This document shows, piece after piece, positions 62,870 to 64,000 of a stretch of DNA of 64,000 nt. The number at the start of each line of letters is the position of its first letter. Within the stretch, counting starts at the first letter, position 1. The notes under the pieces were generated by a model. The model ran no database searches and had not been told where the DNA came from. It saw only the letters and a list, made by a program, of their open reading frames with translations. The stretch is from Minisyncoccota bacterium (lineage in GTDB: Bacteria > Patescibacteriota > Minisyncoccia > Phycocordibacterales > Phycocordibacteraceae): the NCBI GenBank assembly GCA_018062765.1, contig JAGORR010000001.1, forward strand, positions 217,249 through 281,248, in the 5' to 3' direction. A program made the position numbers and the translations under genes.

Positions 62870-64000
62870 CTAATCACCCGAGTGATGATCCCAACCTTTC
62901 CCGGGCCAGCGGTGGTAGAGAACTGGGATGAGAATAAGGGTCAGCACCATGGACCACGCGAGGCCGAACATGATGGAGAAGGCGAGAGGTCCCCAGAGAC
63001 TCGAAGCGAACGAGAGCGGAATCATGCCGACCACGGTCACAACGGTGGTGAGGATGATTGGGCGGAAGCGCACCGAGGCTGCCTCGACGACGACGTCGGT
63101 CGTGGAGAGCTCCGGACGGTTTCGATGGATATGCGCGATTGAGTCCATGAGGATAATCGCATGGTTGATTATGACGCCGGCGAGTGCGATGACACCGAGC
63201 ATTGATGGGAAGGAAAGCGGCGCGCCCGTTATCATGAGCCCCACCAGGACGCCGATAAGGGAGAGCGGAATGATGGAAAGTAGGTAGAAGGAGTAGCGGA
63301 AGGAATTGAACTCAAGGACGAGGATGGCAAGCATGAGGGCTGCGCCCGCAAGCAAGGCGATTCCCATTTCCGCAAATGACTGATTCACATCCTCGCTCTC
63401 GCCACCGGTAGAAAGGAATACGCCTTCCGGAAGCGCCTGTGCCTCCATGTGAGAGAGGAATTCATTCGTCGCCTCGATAGCGGTCGTCTCCGGAGACACA
63501 TCTGCGGAGATGGTCGCGATGCGCTTGCCGTCTTCATGGCGTATGACGCTTTCGGCAGACTCATAGGTAACGGATGCGATAGAGGAGAGCGGAACAGGGC
63601 CCTTGCTGCCGGTAACCGTAAGCTCCTGCACTGCCTCGATAGTGGCGCGGGTCACTTCCGAAGGGTCGCGATACTCAGGGTTGAGATCAAGCAGTGTGCG
63701 CACCTCTATTTCATCCTCGCCCGTGCGAATGTCGAGAGCTTTGGCGCCAAAGAGCGCGGTGCGCAGTGTGTCCGCCGCGATAAGTGGAGAGACGCCGCGA
63801 TCAACCGCCTTCGCGGCGTCAATGCGGATGACAAACTCGGTGCCGTCATCCTTCGTTGAGGTCTGTACGTTTACTACGCCTGGCATCGAAGCGAGCACCA
63901 ATGCTCCCTGATTTACTGCCTCTGAAAGCTTACCGAGGTCTTCGCCCGTAAAGGTCGCAGCGATGGCGGTACCCGTAGGAGGGCCCCCCGAGGGCTCCGT
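62870..64000 (-). CDS. RND-superfamily (AcrB/HAE-like) transporter, C-terminal part (gene continues beyond window end)
   Basis: C-terminal TM bundle (GVIINHAIILMDSI...RFRPIILTTVVTVVGMIPL). The reading frame remains open to position 64000 upstream of the first TTG reported by the ORF track. Confidence 0.8.
   Translation of the reverse strand, partial: TEPSGGPPTGTAIAATFTGEDLGKLSEAVNQGALVLASMPGVVNVQTSTKDDGTEFVIRIDAAKAVDRGVSPLIAADTLRTALFGAKALDIRTGEDEIEVRTLLDLNPEYRDPSEVTRATIEAVQELTVTGSKGPVPLSSIASVTYESAESVIRHEDGKRIATISADVSPETTAIEATNEFLSHMEAQALPEGVFLSTGGESEDVNQSFAEMGIALLAGAALMLAILVLEFNSFRYSFYLLSIIPLSLIGVLVGLMITGAPLSFPSMLGVIALAGVIINHAIILMDSIAHIHRNRPELSTTDVVVEAASVRFRPIILTTVVTVVGMIPLSFASSLWGPLAFSIMFGLAWSMVLTLILIPVLYHRWPGKGWDHHSGD

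Noticed and set aside
1-64000. CRISPR arrays, rRNA genes, transposase or integrase genes
   Set aside because: None seen. The only tandem repeats are coding low-complexity (Gly and GGDS codon runs) and short tRNA-end fragments. No spacer/repeat periodicity. No IS-type transposase despite the inverted repeats.
1-64000. Alternative genetic code (UGA recoding)
   Set aside because: TGA terminates several well-conserved genes at the expected positions (for example ftsE, the Eco57I-family MTase gene 27088-28578 and the dockerin gene 57734-58744), and RF2 is encoded. Standard table 11 fits.

Overview
This 64-kb window is a high-GC (about 58-60%) bacterial chromosomal segment; the source organism cannot be identified from sequence alone. 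Several traits are compatible with an uncultivated Gram-positive-type lineage: an intron-containing tRNA, many small hypothetical genes, large peptidoglycan-anchored surface proteins, WxL-like and cohesin/dockerin loci, and an M23 lysin. The genetic code is standard (TGA is used as a stop; RF2 is present).

Housekeeping genes present: glmS, prfB, ftsE, ftsX, pyrG, an ABC-F ATPase, tRNA-Gln(CUG), TerC, DedA, a partial RND pump and a partial VIT-family transporter.

Accessory content:
1. A tRNA interrupted by a roughly 180-nt group-I-like intron (4065-4318). Immediately 3' of it lies a copper-resistance cassette (csoR-copA, an HMA/DsbD_2 fusion, a cupredoxin-like gene) bracketed by near-identical ~200-bp inverted repeats. 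The cassette also contains a 300-bp GC-rich element bounded by perfect 23-bp inverted repeats.
2. An alternative-oxidase-like gene next to an atypical response regulator whose phospho-acceptor Asp is replaced by Glu.
3. A Met-rich thioredoxin followed by a CcdA-MsrA-MsrB triple fusion.
4. tRNA-Gln with scattered copies of its own 3' end, which look like integration scars.
5. A lower-GC island (about 26.4-32.0 kb) that looks like an undescribed restriction/defense module. It has an Eco57I-family N6-adenine methyltransferase lacking the catalytic motif, a complete paralogous methyltransferase, a GIY-YIG(T5orf172-like)-SF2 helicase fusion, and a PD-(D/E)xK plus DUF5655-like protein.
6. A SET-domain protein with DUF305 and VOC genes.
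7. A 1435-aa surface protein with tandem ~130-aa repeats and a C-terminal peptidoglycan-binding domain.
8. A 14-kb cell-surface locus (47.8-61.5 kb) containing a WxL-like triad and a dockerin protein plus two membrane-anchored cohesin proteins.

All coordinates come from manual reading. Gene starts are approximate (+/- a few codons) and several are internal starts chosen within the ORF-track ORFs.
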